A DNA stretch of 64,000 bases from a virus, in the IMG/VR virus record IMGVR_UViG_3300032291_001597, positions 1 to 64,000 of that record, one strand, 5' to 3'. The notes below the pieces were generated by a model, which saw nothing but the letters and a program-made list of their open reading frames with translations, had not been told where the DNA came from and did no database searches. Both the position numbers and the translations under genes were made by a program. Positions 1-8,886 of this stretch are shown here, piece by piece (within the stretch, counting starts at the first letter, position 1; each line of letters begins with the position of its first letter).

Positions 1-70
1 AGATGTATGAGGTCGCCGACCCATATGGATATTACGGAAAAGACGAAGAAAAGAAAGGTAGTGAGTAAGC

Positions 71-844
71 ATGTCAGATGTACAGCGTTCACTAACTCTT
101 ATGGTCTATGGCGAGTCAAAGGTCGGTAAGTCGACTTTTGCTGTCACGGCACCATACCCTCGCCTAATGCTAGACGTTGAGGGTGGACACCGATTCCTCC
201 CAATCAACGTAAAGTATTGGGACCCTATGCGCGAGGAGCCACCAGTGGCTGACGGCACTTGGGACACTGTAGTTGTACAGGTTCGTGACTACGATGTAGT
301 CCTAAAAGCGTTCCAGTGGTTACAGTCAGGTAAGCACCAGTTCAAGTCACTAATCATCGACTCAATCTCTGAGTTGCAGGTTAAGTGTATGGACAACATT
401 GCTGGTACCGAACAGATGAAGATGCAACAGTGGGGCGAACTACTTCGCCACATGGGTGCTCTACTTCGTGACCTTCGTGACCTAACAATGCACCCAACTC
501 AGCCTCTCGAGGCTGTAGTGCTTACTGCTATGGCTAAGCGTGGTCAAGACAACCGTATGCACCCTTATCTACAGGGTCAGTTGGCTGTTCAGGCACCATA
601 CTTCTACGATGTTCTTGGATACATCTCTATGGAGACTATTCCAAACCCAGACCCTACCCAGTTGCCTTACAAGGCTCGTCGTATGTACGTAGAACGCACT
701 GACGAGATTGAGGCTGGAGAGCGCGTTCAGGGTCGACTCGGTTCAATTGTTGAACAGCAGGACCTAGGAGTCGAGCGTATGCTCGATATGATTTTTGGTC
801 AGAAAACTGATTCAAAGAAAAAGTCGTCCACGGCAACCGCCTAG
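71..844 (+). CDS. AAA_24-family P-loop ATPase (Sak4-like ssDNA-annealing/recombination protein)
   Basis: Walker A YGESKVGKST, LDVEGG, Walker B IIDSISE; followed by a DUF669-type SSB gene, the usual Sak4 context. Confidence 0.8.
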   Translation: MSDVQRSLTLMVYGESKVGKSTFAVTAPYPRLMLDVEGGHRFLPINVKYWDPMREEPPVADGTWDTVVVQVRDYDVVLKAFQWLQSGKHQFKSLIIDSISELQVKCMDNIAGTEQMKMQQWGELLRHMGALLRDLRDLTMHPTQPLEAVVLTAMAKRGQDNRMHPYLQGQLAVQAPYFYDVLGYISMETIPNPDPTQLPYKARRMYVERTDEIEAGERVQGRLGSIVEQQDLGVERMLDMIFGQKTDSKKKSSTATA

Positions 845-879
845 ACGATTCGTTAACGAATAGATAAGGAACGAAACAG

Positions 880-1404
880 ATGAGTTCACTCAACTGGGGC
901 GATTTGGTAAAGGACGCTGGCGAATCTGCTAGCGGAAGTTACGAGCCGTTGCCCGACGGCGACTACGACCTCAAGGTACTTGAGGCATCTTCTAGCGTGA
1001 CTGCTACTGGTAAAACCATGTTCAAGGTTAAGGCTGAAGTACAGGGAGGCGCTTACAGCAAGCGTCTCGTCTGGGATAACCTAGTTATCTCACCAGAGAA
1101 CAAGAACGCACTGGGCATCTTCTTTGCGAAGATGGCAGCACTTGGTGTTCCTCGTGACTTCTTCTCTAACAACAACCCGACTAATGCTCAGATTGAGGCC
1201 GCCATTAGTGGTAAGTTGTTCCGCGCTAACATTGGTTCTCGCGTGTGGCAGGGTGACCGTCGCAACGAAATCAAGAAGTATTACGTAGGTGCTCCTGCTA
1301 CTGCTCAAGCGCCTGCGTCTGCTCCAGCAGTTGCTTCTGCTCCACCTGCTCCACCTGCTCCACCAGCACCACCTGTGGCAGCACCAGCAGACGCGCCTTT
1401 CTAA
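880..1404 (+). CDS. DUF669-family ssDNA-binding-like protein
   Basis: YEPLPDGDYDLKV N-terminus, RLVWDNL, Pro/Ala linker and C-terminal DAPF tip typical of SSBs; SD AAGGAA. Confidence 0.75.
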   Translation: MSSLNWGDLVKDAGESASGSYEPLPDGDYDLKVLEASSSVTATGKTMFKVKAEVQGGAYSKRLVWDNLVISPENKNALGIFFAKMAALGVPRDFFSNNNPTNAQIEAAISGKLFRANIGSRVWQGDRRNEIKKYYVGAPATAQAPASAPAVASAPPAPPAPPAPPVAAPADAPF

Positions 1405-1423
1405 ACTTAGAAAGACAAAATCA

Positions 1424-1467
1424 CGGAGGGACATCGCCTATTTATTTAGGCGGTGTCCCCCGCTTTT
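1424..1467 (+). terminator. Intrinsic terminator
   Basis: Stem GGGACATCGCCTA/TAGGCGGTGTCCC (1428-1459) followed by CTTTT, just after the SSB-like gene. Confidence 0.65.
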
Positions 1468-1478
1468 AGCGAGAGAAT

Positions 1479-2486
1479 ATGTCAAAAATTTTTATTACTG
1501 GGATGTCAGCCCAACACGCGTCCCCAAATGCAAATACAAAAAATCTTAGTTTCGCGGGAGTAATAAATGCCGTATTGGAATCAACTGGTAGACACGAAAT
1601 AACTTGGGCTAGCCCCAGTATTTATATGACCAAGGATTCGCTAGAAAAGTATGACTTAGTTCTAGTGGGAGTTTCACCAGTTACTAGCATTGGAGCAAAT
1701 AGAGTTTATGGTGCTCTAAACGTAATTAGTGAAATGTGGGGAAGCGATAAACTCAAACTTTTCACAGACAGTCCAAACAAGTCACAAATAGAGGTGTCTC
1801 TTAGGGCAACTGTAAACAACTCGGAAACCATCACCAAGCCGTTTTTTGCTTCTAGAAAAGAATACTCAAACTTACTTTCAGACAATGAATTATTGAATCG
1901 AGTAATGCGTGGCGCTGAATTGCTTTTTACCGAGGACTGGCCTGTAACTATCGTGGCATCATTACCTTGGAACAAGGCTGAAGAATTAAAACTTTCAAAA
2001 AATGCTAAGCCAAACCTAAATCTAGTGAATCTAGATTCTCACCTAATTTTGGGTGACCCCGTGGAGTATCAAAGGGCTGATAAATGGTCGGTCGATTCTC
2101 CTACGTCTAAGTGGGCTAAATCTATACTTGCTAGCGTATCTCTACCTAGTTCTCCTATGAAGTGGAATAAAGGCTGGGACGACGAGCAAGTGTTTCTACA
2201 AATAGGCAGGTCAATAGGTGCGCTAATCAGCCCAGAACAAAAAGACGGCACTTGGTGGTCTTACAGGTACATACAGGCACTTAACTCAAATACCCCTGTG
2301 GTGACCGAATGGAAAGAGAGCCAGAGTATTGGACTAGAATGGGCTATGCTGGCATCGTCCATAGATAGCCTACCTCAGGAGAGTAGAAATCTCTTGGCTA
2401 CGGCGCAAAGGGACATTTACTTATCTTCAATTAAAGACAAAAAAGAATCACTTAAAAATTTAGAGAATATTTTAGGAGTTAAATAA
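1479..2486 (+). CDS. Putative GT-B-fold glycosyltransferase-like protein
   Basis: Rossmann-like MSKIFITG start, YDLVLVG strand, C-terminal YRYIQALNSNTPVVTEW resembling the GT-B R-x-x-E/Q-A-L-x-x-x-x-P-V-V motif. Confidence 0.4.
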   Translation: MSKIFITGMSAQHASPNANTKNLSFAGVINAVLESTGRHEITWASPSIYMTKDSLEKYDLVLVGVSPVTSIGANRVYGALNVISEMWGSDKLKLFTDSPNKSQIEVSLRATVNNSETITKPFFASRKEYSNLLSDNELLNRVMRGAELLFTEDWPVTIVASLPWNKAEELKLSKNAKPNLNLVNLDSHLILGDPVEYQRADKWSVDSPTSKWAKSILASVSLPSSPMKWNKGWDDEQVFLQIGRSIGALISPEQKDGTWWSYRYIQALNSNTPVVTEWKESQSIGLEWAMLASSIDSLPQESRNLLATAQRDIYLSSIKDKKESLKNLENILGVK

Positions 2487-2911
2487 TGGCAAAAGTAAAT
2501 TACAAATGGGTAAAAGAGCAGTTTGCTAAAACTGGAGTATCTCTAGAAGTAGGCACGTCTGTTCTAGAACTACTTAAATTGTGGGAGACCGTATCTCCTA
2601 AGAACATAGAAGATTCTAAAAAAGTCTTAGATATTTTCTCAAAACTATCTTTAGGTCACGCTCTTGTCAGTGAACCCGTAGGCCCCGAGATTTGGGAAGA
2701 TGCCAGACCCGGCTTTATCAAAGTTGCCGATATTGTGAGAGTAAAGCACGATGCTTTTGACGGCGACATCGGTAGCCTCCATAACGGTAGAGTTGGTAAG
2801 ATTGTGGCAATCCGCTCTGGAGACGTTATTATTAACTCTATAGACGACGTTAGTCCTGAAATTAAGGGGGCGCACTACTCCCCAAACAAACTAGAGAAAA
2901 GAGTTCGCTAG
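2486..2911 (+). CDS. Hypothetical phage protein (possible C-terminal SH3/KOW-like barrel)
   Basis: Coupled ORF (TAATG); IKVADIVRVK...GRVGKIVAI pattern. Confidence 0.55.
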   Translation: MAKVNYKWVKEQFAKTGVSLEVGTSVLELLKLWETVSPKNIEDSKKVLDIFSKLSLGHALVSEPVGPEIWEDARPGFIKVADIVRVKHDAFDGDIGSLHNGRVGKIVAIRSGDVIINSIDDVSPEIKGAHYSPNKLEKRVR

Positions 2912-3129
2912 TGAGAACCAGAATGACTTTTATAGTAAGTGGTACTACCCACAGCAATATTGTAAGACTGGCTACTCAGGTGGTGGCGGACTACTTACAG
3001 TGTTCGGTGGCGGATGTAGAGAAGTTAGCAGACATCGAGATAGAGGTTGAGCAGAAGGCTCCTGTAGGCTCTATACCTGATGGATACTTAGAGGATTACT
3101 CTGGAAAAGTATTTGCAAAAATCAAATAA
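2911..3129 (+). CDS. Hypothetical protein
   Basis: Coupled ORF (TAGTG), 72 aa. Confidence 0.55.
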   Translation: MRTRMTFIVSGTTHSNIVRLATQVVADYLQCSVADVEKLADIEIEVEQKAPVGSIPDGYLEDYSGKVFAKIK

Positions 3130-3164
3130 TTACGCTACTATAGACACAAAGACAAAGGACAAAC

Positions 3165-3662
3165 ATGCAAACTTTCATTACAAGTAAGTATTCTTCTGAA
3201 ATCGCTCAGAACTTAGACAATAAGCGCTTACACAAGCAGGCTTTAGAGGCTTGGCAAATTCTTATGGTCTTGTGTGAATTGGACCCTCAGGGCAATGAGC
3301 GCAAGCCTAAAGGTTGGGTGAACCACCCTGCCGTCAAGATGTGGCGCGGTCACGAGTACTACCTTTACTACTACGCCTGCCAAATGGTAGACGAGTGGGA
3401 AAATCGAGGCTACAAAAGCACCCTCAAAAGCAAACTATGGAACACTCTAATCGCTGCCGACCGAAAGGGTGTTGTCAATATCGGTGAAGGTATCAACGAA
3501 CCTGCTTGGTGGCTGAACGATGAAACTATAAAAAAGGTCATATCTACCCACAGGCGTGCCTTACTTGTAAAAGATTATGAGTGGTATCACAGATTTGGGT
3601 GGGAAGAAGATACCGAATTTTATCCAGAGAGTTACGAATATTTCTGGCCTTTAGCCTCCTAA
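3165..3662 (+). CDS. Pyrimidine-dimer DNA glycosylase/endonuclease V-like (MSMEG_6728 family)
   Basis: MQTF...LDNKRLHKQALEAWQIL and GWVNHPAVKMWRGHE signatures; SD AAGGA. Confidence 0.85.
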   Translation: MQTFITSKYSSEIAQNLDNKRLHKQALEAWQILMVLCELDPQGNERKPKGWVNHPAVKMWRGHEYYLYYYACQMVDEWENRGYKSTLKSKLWNTLIAADRKGVVNIGEGINEPAWWLNDETIKKVISTHRRALLVKDYEWYHRFGWEEDTEFYPESYEYFWPLAS

Positions 3663-3730
3663 ACTGTTTCGGCGTGTCGTAAGGCACTATTTTTCTTTAT
3701 AGTAATGTATAATCTTATTGAGGTTATACA

Positions 3731-4078
3731 ATGAAAGATTCTAGAATCGGCGAACTCCTTTGGAGTGAGTGGACTGGCAACGGGTATTCTCCCGAAGACT
3801 CCCAGTCCAGTTTTTCATTTTTTACCGAAGGACATATAGACATATCCAACGAAATTGTAAGACGTGCGCTCGCATCGGCAATACAAAGAGACGGCTCGGT
3901 TGACTCACTGTCCCAAGCCTTCAAATTATTAGAGCCTTGCGAACCTGTTTTTACTTACGCTGGATTCATTGAAGGTGACACTGAATATACCGCCTGTGAT
4001 GAAAATGGAATGACATCTCACGAAGACATAGTGGATGAAATAATTCCAATCACGGTGGTAAATATTAATGTTGTTTGA
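3731..4078 (+). CDS. Hypothetical acidic protein
   Basis: ORF with TATAAT and GAGG upstream. Confidence 0.55.
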   Translation: MKDSRIGELLWSEWTGNGYSPEDSQSSFSFFTEGHIDISNEIVRRALASAIQRDGSVDSLSQAFKLLEPCEPVFTYAGFIEGDTEYTACDENGMTSHEDIVDEIIPITVVNINVV

Positions 4079-4547
4079 ACCAGACGAAGAGGCTCAGCGT
4101 TGGCAAGACAAAGCCTTATGCGCTAAAAAAGAAAACAAAAGAATGATTGACTGGTTCTTTTCTGACGATACAGAAGAAAAGTACGCAGCCAAGAATCTTT
4201 GCTTTGCTTGTCCAGTCAGAAAAGATTGCGTGAAATACGCCCTCGAAACTAAGAAAATTTGGGGAGTGTGGGGAGGTAAGGATGAAAACGAACTTCGCAG
4301 GACCCTATCAGTGGATGCCAATGGGGACGAGTATCGCAGAAACAGATATCCTCAGTGTCCATACTGCTCTGCTAGAACTAACAAACTAAAAACTTACATT
4401 GTGGACCTACCTGGCGGTGGACGCTGGACCACGGCGCGAATGGTGGAGTGTAACGACTGCGGTTTTGCTTGGAGAAGTAGAACCAGTGCTAATGCGGTAA
4501 ATGCGTATCACTCGCAAAAAACCGATAAGAAGCCTAAGAAATCTTAG
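4068..4547 (+). CDS. whiB: WhiB-family Fe-S transcription factor with C-terminal zinc ribbon
   Basis: WQDKALC...AKNLCFACPVRKDC...GVWGG core plus CPYC...CNDC extension. Confidence 0.85.
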   Translation: MLFEPDEEAQRWQDKALCAKKENKRMIDWFFSDDTEEKYAAKNLCFACPVRKDCVKYALETKKIWGVWGGKDENELRRTLSVDANGDEYRRNRYPQCPYCSARTNKLKTYIVDLPGGGRWTTARMVECNDCGFAWRSRTSANAVNAYHSQKTDKKPKKS

Positions 4548-5590
4548 TTAGGTTTGTAGAACTCCATATTTTTTGCCAAACGTTCGTTTTTTGGGTCTAA
4601 CTCAAGAGCAGTGGCTCCATATTTATAGGCGCTATCTTTGTCTCCTAAGTTGTATGAAGCAATAGCGGCAAGGTCATACGGAAGTGCGCCCCAAGCAAAT
4701 TCTTCACACAGATAGTCAAGTGGCTTTTCTTTAGCAAGCAAAGATATTTTTGCCCAGTCCAAGCATTCTTCCCAGTTTTGTTGTTCATAGTAATACTGAG
4801 ATAGTTCTACGGCGGACTCACGCCTATTAGGTGCTTCTAGGTTTGCTTTTACTAGCCAATGCTCGGCTGAGTCTGGATTGCACTTAGCGAGATACCTGCA
4901 AGACGCGGCACGCTCTGGACCCCACTTAGAGTTTGGGTTCTCCAAGTGCTTGATAAACATATTGGTGGCTTTGTCATACATTTTGTTGAAGTAATACTCG
5001 CGGGCTAAGTAATACTGATTACGGTCATTCGTTGGGTCTTCTAAGACAGCCAGTTCTAGCAAGGGAAAGTATTGACCACGGCTTTTTGTGTCGTCTGGAT
5101 GGTGGTGAATCTCTAGTCCAATCCACTCTTGTATTTCTTGGATTCGGTCAGCAGTAATTACTTCGTGGACTGGGTGCTTCCATCTATATCCGTGACGTCT
5201 GTGGATTTTATCTCCACCGTATTGGAGCCCTGGCGAGCCATCTTCTTGCCAAGACCAAGTGTATTGATATCTAGGTCTAGTGGTTTCTGACTTTATTTTC
5301 TCAATTTCTTTACGCCATCCTTCAACAAGGACTTCATCCATGTCCAAGGCAATACAAATATCAATATCGTCAGGAAGAAGAGCAAGGCTAACATTCCTAG
5401 CGTCATCGAAACGCCAAGGACTAATACTAGCCACAGCAACCTCAACGCCTGCGCTCCTCGCCACTTCCACAGTCTTATCTGTAGAACCAGTGTCCAATAT
5501 AAATCTATAATCTGCTTCTTCACAAGACTTAGCCCACCTTTCGACAAATTGCTCTTCGTTTTTAGCAATTGTGTAAACCGCTACTTTCAC
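4544..5590 (-). CDS. GT2 glycosyltransferase with C-terminal TPR repeats
   Basis: IAKNEE, LDTGSTD, FDDARN, LDMDE (DxD), PVHE; TPR-like helices. Confidence 0.85.
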   Translation of the reverse strand: MKVAVYTIAKNEEQFVERWAKSCEEADYRFILDTGSTDKTVEVARSAGVEVAVASISPWRFDDARNVSLALLPDDIDICIALDMDEVLVEGWRKEIEKIKSETTRPRYQYTWSWQEDGSPGLQYGGDKIHRRHGYRWKHPVHEVITADRIQEIQEWIGLEIHHHPDDTKSRGQYFPLLELAVLEDPTNDRNQYYLAREYYFNKMYDKATNMFIKHLENPNSKWGPERAASCRYLAKCNPDSAEHWLVKANLEAPNRRESAVELSQYYYEQQNWEECLDWAKISLLAKEKPLDYLCEEFAWGALPYDLAAIASYNLGDKDSAYKYGATALELDPKNERLAKNMEFYKPN

Positions 5591-6015
5591 TTCTGATTGC
5601 TCTCCAAAATACGTCTACGTAGTTCGGTGCTACTGACTCCGTCGGTGTATGGCAAGTAGACCAGAGCGATGTCTCTCTCATTCAACCACTCTTGAGTAAA
5701 ACTCATTTGTGAGTGGTAGTCCTTAGTAGCCCAGTCCGAACCAACAACAATAAAATCTGGCTTTACTAGTTCGATTGCGGGCTTGGAGTCAGCGCCTCCA
5801 AAGTTTGGGATTACCTCGTCAACCCACTTACAGTTCAGTAGAACTTCTCTGCGTTCTTCATAAGACATAATCAAAGTCTTACCTTTGTATTGCTTAGAGA
5901 AGTCATTTAGGTTTAGGGCAACGGTCACGGAGCCGAGACGCGACGCTCTTTCCAATAATCTGTAGTGACCGTGATGCGGCAAATCAAATGAACCGCCCGT
6001 GTAAACTCTAGGCAT
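5587..6015 (-). CDS. Cytidylyltransferase (TagD/RfaE-like)
   Basis: GSFDLPHHGH (HxGH), VVGSDW, YLPYTDGVSST. Confidence 0.85.
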   Translation of the reverse strand: MPRVYTGGSFDLPHHGHYRLLERASRLGSVTVALNLNDFSKQYKGKTLIMSYEERREVLLNCKWVDEVIPNFGGADSKPAIELVKPDFIVVGSDWATKDYHSQMSFTQEWLNERDIALVYLPYTDGVSSTELRRRILESNQK

Positions 6016-6826
6016 TTTTTACCGCCTCGTAATTTGTGTACATAATTTCTCTAGATAAAGTAACCGAACCTGAGTTTCTAACTTTTTCTAGAATTTTATC
6101 AATTATATGTTTTATTCTTTCAGGTCTAATCATTAGGACTTCCATAGCAAATTTGTTGAAAGCGTTGAGCGTTGCGTAAAACTCTTCTAGTCCTTGTTGT
6201 TGAGAATAAGACTGAGTCGGAGGGTGATACATAGTTACGGAACTATCTCTATAAATAATTTTATTCAAGAATATGGCTAGGGCGCAGTAGGCAATGTCTA
6301 ATCCCCACCCAGAGCGCATCTTTGTGAAGTCTATTTCCCCTGTCTCTATTGTCCAGTCTTGAAACATAGAAATGTAGCCAGCCATATCTCTAGACATCGC
6401 CACATAAATCCCGTTGGTGTTGGTAGACAAATACATTTCTGGGTATTTGATTGATTTACTTATTGTAGAAGGTTCTCCGACAAACACGTCGTTGGTGCAG
6501 TCTGGAGCGAGAAGGACTAAGTCCCTATTATCTTCAAATAGTTTTTCTATACGACGAGTGTATTTAGAGTAACTGTCATACTTCATATCTCCAGCATTAA
6601 AGATAAATATGTCGTGCTCTGTAGACAAGAAGTCTTTTATAGCATTAAAAAAATGTCCGTAGTATCTGACGTCTTCGGCTGTGTTCCAGTGTGATGTTTG
6701 ATTTTCTAATTTTGAGACGTTGTAAAACTTATGAGGAACATCTGCTTCCACTAACTGCCTACTTATGTCTAGGCAATTGTCTATGGCTTCGTCCCAAGCA
6801 ACGATATAAGTTTTACTGCTAGTCAA
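6008..6826 (-). CDS. Putative GT-A glycosyltransferase-like protein
   Basis: IFIFNAGD, GWGLD and MYH motifs; lies inside the GT/cytidylyltransferase operon. Confidence 0.45.
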   Translation of the reverse strand: MTSSKTYIVAWDEAIDNCLDISRQLVEADVPHKFYNVSKLENQTSHWNTAEDVRYYGHFFNAIKDFLSTEHDIFIFNAGDMKYDSYSKYTRRIEKLFEDNRDLVLLAPDCTNDVFVGEPSTISKSIKYPEMYLSTNTNGIYVAMSRDMAGYISMFQDWTIETGEIDFTKMRSGWGLDIAYCALAIFLNKIIYRDSSVTMYHPPTQSYSQQQGLEEFYATLNAFNKFAMEVLMIRPERIKHIIDKILEKVRNSGSVTLSREIMYTNYEAVKNA

Positions 6827-8023
6827 TTACTTTACCGACAATACGCTTATGTGTTCTCTAGGCTCAAAGTCTCCACCCATAACCATCGTAAGTAGCCCTG
6901 GTTTCGATTGAACACCAGCGCGGTCGCGGAACCAATCTGAGCCGGGGTCGGTGGTTGGACACTGAAGCCATAAGCGGTGACCGATATCGGCACATTTATA
7001 GTTGTGAAAGTGTCCTGACACCCAGACGTCGCAGTTTCCCAATGCGGTCTGCCCAGCAGCCTGACCCGATAAATATTTATTTACGTCTCTACCTGCTTGA
7101 TGACCGTGGAATAGGCCCAACATTGTTCCACCCACATCCACGGCTAAAGTTTGGTGCCCAGAGGCTGGATAGCGGAACTCGATGTGTGACAGTGCTTGGT
7201 TTTCCGCACACGCATCCTGAACGGCAGATGCAATTTCCACATTCCATCCATCGGCAGGGTCTGCCGCTACCTGACGAGTAACTTCGTCGTGGTTTCCATT
7301 GACCACTGGGACAATCATGCGCTCTGCGAGAGGAGCGAGGGCTTTAATCTGTGCCATCAACAAACGACGCGCGACGCGAACCTGCTCGGTAAGTCCTAGG
7401 TCAGATGATGCTACTCCTTGTAGTCTTCCGCCTTGGCTGACGTTACCTTCAACGTGGTCGCCAGGTAGACCTAAAACTATTCCTCCAAGATTTAGACCCA
7501 TACGCCTGAGACCTTTGAACCGCTCTACAGATGCTTCGGTCAGGTAGAGCAAGCGTTCGATAGATTGCTCTGTTCCGCCTGAAGCAGCCTTTTTACCAAT
7601 CTGTTGGTCGCTTGGAAAAACTGAAAAATATCCGTTGCCAGTAGATTGCTTGATTCCACGGTCTGGACGCCACTTTTTAATTTCATCAATTAGTTGTTCC
7701 GCGTCTAGTTGGTCCTCGGCAGTTGCACCAAGTGGTATTAGATTTACTCGCATCGACTCGAGCCATTCGCCATTGTAAGTTTGCCACCTAGAACGACGTA
7801 AGGATGTAACTGACCAAGAATTGGGGTCCAATCCAAACTCTTCTAAGACTTCTTTGGCGTCTGGTAATTGCCCCGCTGGTCTTGGAGTAGATACAACAAA
7901 ACCGCCCCTAGTCTCATCTACGTCTAGACGCGGTCGCCATTCTTCTGGAGTATTTAGTGCTTTGATGTCTGAGCCACTTTTGCCTGGCTCACTAAATTCT
8001 TTGAGTTTGTCCGAGATGCCCAT
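6827..8023 (-). CDS. Metallophosphoesterase/nuclease (Mre11/SbcD-like)
   Basis: SDQQIG, GDHVEG, GNHD, HGH and GHFH calcineurin-like motifs. Confidence 0.8.
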   Translation of the reverse strand: MGISDKLKEFSEPGKSGSDIKALNTPEEWRPRLDVDETRGGFVVSTPRPAGQLPDAKEVLEEFGLDPNSWSVTSLRRSRWQTYNGEWLESMRVNLIPLGATAEDQLDAEQLIDEIKKWRPDRGIKQSTGNGYFSVFPSDQQIGKKAASGGTEQSIERLLYLTEASVERFKGLRRMGLNLGGIVLGLPGDHVEGNVSQGGRLQGVASSDLGLTEQVRVARRLLMAQIKALAPLAERMIVPVVNGNHDEVTRQVAADPADGWNVEIASAVQDACAENQALSHIEFRYPASGHQTLAVDVGGTMLGLFHGHQAGRDVNKYLSGQAAGQTALGNCDVWVSGHFHNYKCADIGHRLWLQCPTTDPGSDWFRDRAGVQSKPGLLTMVMGGDFEPREHISVLSVK

Positions 8024-8026
8024 TAT

Positions 8027-8296
8027 TTACTTACCTATTCTGGTAGCCATATAGCAACCGCAGTCGTGATTTCTGTGTCTATCTACGGTGCTCAGTCCTA
8101 GTTCAAAACCCTCGGATAGTAAAATCTTGTGAATTTGAACGTTCGAAAGTCCGCCTGAAGAGTGCGGTGGCTTATCAAACGCTTGTATCAAAGAGTCTCT
8201 ATCTTCTTCAGATAAGTCCAAAAGAAGTAGCCCGATTTTGCATCGCTTAGCAATAATCTTGGTTGATTCTGCTTTTATCTGGTCTGACAACGACAC
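8027..8296 (-). CDS. Hypothetical protein (possible HTH/metal-binding)
   Basis: CKIG...HRNHDCGC; directly upstream of the phosphoesterase. Confidence 0.55.
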   Translation of the reverse strand: MSLSDQIKAESTKIIAKRCKIGLLLLDLSEEDRDSLIQAFDKPPHSSGGLSNVQIHKILLSEGFELGLSTVDRHRNHDCGCYMATRIGK

Positions 8297-8362
8297 GATA
8301 GGTCTCTCTTTCGTATGTCGATTACGTCTTTATGATACTTCATAGCGGCTTATAAAAGACCA

Positions 8363-8695
8363 CTAACTCACCTTTTTTACACGAGGTTTTTTTATTGTAG
8401 AAACTGGTGTTTGATTTGATGCTAATAGCAAATTTTCTATTAGTTCAAGTTTTGCGGTGCTACTAATAGCGTGAGCCTCGATGCTGTTGACTCTATCTGC
8501 CAACGACGAGCCACCGTTTTCCCAGAGTTGGTGCTCGACACGGTCTAAGCGTTCTGAAAGAGTGCGACCGTTTCTGTCCACTCCGATTGAGTCGCCAATT
8601 TTTCTAGCCAGTTTATAGATAGCCATGAGTGAGCCAATAATTACGCCCGTTGCAGTAATCAGGGCGGCTATTGTAAAAATGAGTTCGTTAGCCAT
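8363..8695 (-). CDS. Membrane protein with N-terminal TM helix and coiled coil
   Basis: Hydrophobic aa 5-28, then LSERLDRVEHQLWENGGSSLADRV as in actinophage lysis-associated membrane proteins. Confidence 0.6.
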   Translation of the reverse strand: MANELIFTIAALITATGVIIGSLMAIYKLARKIGDSIGVDRNGRTLSERLDRVEHQLWENGGSSLADRVNSIEAHAISSTAKLELIENLLLASNQTPVSTIKKPRVKKVS

Positions 8696-8886
8696 GAGTT
8701 AGAATAGTAATCCAATAAATTTAGCCTAGTTGCTCTTATTATTGTATCCTATAATTGCTCACATCGATTTGAGCAAACACAGCCCCTAAAGTTGCTACAT
8801 TTGTCGTCTTGGGTGTTATTATGGGTGAACGATTGAAAGGCAATTATGGAACGACACTTATGCGCGGAGAGGGTTTAGCGACACAT

